Assembly: GCF_001194135.2 (NCBI RefSeq)
Contig: NC_068992.1
Span: 31,263,261 to 31,326,340, forward strand
Direction of reading: 5' to 3'
Source: Octopus bimaculoides
Lineage: Eukaryota
DNA: 63,080 nucleotides
This document shows, piece by piece, positions 62,130-63,080 of the stretch. The position numbers and the translations under genes were made by a program. Numbering within the stretch: the first letter of the stretch is position 1; each line of letters begins with the position of its first letter. A model generated the notes under the pieces. That model saw only the letters and a list, made by a program, of their open reading frames with translations. It had not been told where the DNA came from and searched no databases.

Positions 62130-63080
62130 TCCGATACGACATATATTGTGCGCTCCAGGACTAACATATATTCTGTATTTGCGGCTGTATTGGTGGCTAA
62201 TGAGGCCTGCTCCTAACGAGCATACACGACTGCAAACGTTGCAAACCAAGCATCCCCCATTCGCTATAATAACAGTGCGCTTTCGAGCAGCACGCTTAAA
62301 TTCTTCATGCAGAATGCGTGCTCTCTAAAAAGTACCGACTCCTTCCTTAACTTGCTTTCCCCATCTGTGGCGATGACAGGTATTGCTCACCCAGTCAGTC
62401 CCCTGCATATCACAGGTATTTGATGAGGACTTCACACAGTCCTTAAATGGTTTCTGCCAGGGTCTCTTTCCATTATCTAATTGCCCATAGAGAATCTATT
62501 TAGGGATCCTGCTATTTTGTTCTAATGACGTGTCTAGTCCAACCTAACCGATGCTTGTGCATCATCGCCTCAATACTGAAGTTATCAGCTGTCCTCAGGT
62601 CCTCTGTTTCTGGAGTTTTAAGGTCCAGGCAACATTCAGAATGTATCTGAAGCATCTTTGATTAAAGCGTTCAAACATCCTTACATGACGTTTGTTAAGG
62701 GGCCATGCCTCATATGACTAAAACAGTAACGTCAGTACACATGCACGGTTCACAGCAATTTTTGCTTACTTTGTTATGCCATGCTGGGACCAGACACGAC
62801 ACTGAAGAGACCGAATGAATCAGTTGCTCCCTGCAGCCTGAAAGATATTTCGTCACACAGGGACCCAGAACGGATTGGTGTGCTGCGGAGGTAGACGAAT
62901 AATCTAACACTTTCAGAATTGTTCCTTCAGCCAATATAGCTGGTTGCACATATGGATTTCCTTGTTCAGGCTGGAATATTTTAATAGTTTTGTTCAGGCT
63001 AATGCTGAGTCCAAATGCCTTGTAACAAGCAGAAATTTGATTTATAAACATTCGCATGTCATCCACTGCGTGTGTGAATA
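62130..63080 (-). mobile_element. RTE-clade LINE 3' part (runs off window end)
   Basis: ACYKAFGLSISLNKT..AWHNKVS..RMFERFNQRCFRYILNV..RIPK*ILYGQL..CNVCSRMCSLGAGLISHQ. Confidence 0.88.

Noticed and set aside
2198-62328. Long ORF-track entries spanning N-gaps (e.g. 9405-10340, 49058-50064, 50887-51983, 59176-60193, 61000-62328)
   Set aside because: Length comes from N runs and flanking microsatellites (YIYI, HTHT, LSLS); not evidence of coding.

Overview
AT-rich, repeat-dense animal genomic DNA with many N-gaps, mostly flanked by microsatellites. The SINE/LINE/microsatellite landscape looks like an octopod (Octopus-type) draft assembly; this is an inference from recognised repeat sequences, not proven. 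No host gene could be firmly identified, only a few weak splice-signal-bounded exon candidates. Almost all coding-like sequence is decayed transposon: R4/Dong-type RLE LINEs sitting in (TAA)n arrays, two RTE LINEs, three 5' fragments of L1/Tx1-like LINEs, two different Penelope-like elements (PLEs), Tc1/mariner/maT relics, long-TIR MITEs and several tRNA-derived SINE families. The most interesting locus is the Penelope cluster at ~19.1-23.3 kb. Its pseudo-LTR is a composite of a tRNA-derived Pol III head (A/B boxes) and a ~190-nt unit carrying a minimal hammerhead ribozyme (HHR). That unit also occurs as a head-to-tail tandem starting a few nt from the predicted cleavage site. The sense strand of both ORF copies has no TTTT run, suggesting the hypothesis of a Pol III-transcribed, ribozyme-processed PLE. 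Two further, unrelated HHR motifs occur at ~30.46 kb (CUGUUGA core variant, in a small repeat nested in a SINE) and ~44.23 kb (3' end of a second, divergent PLE). All family calls come from manual translation and motif recognition; no database search was run.
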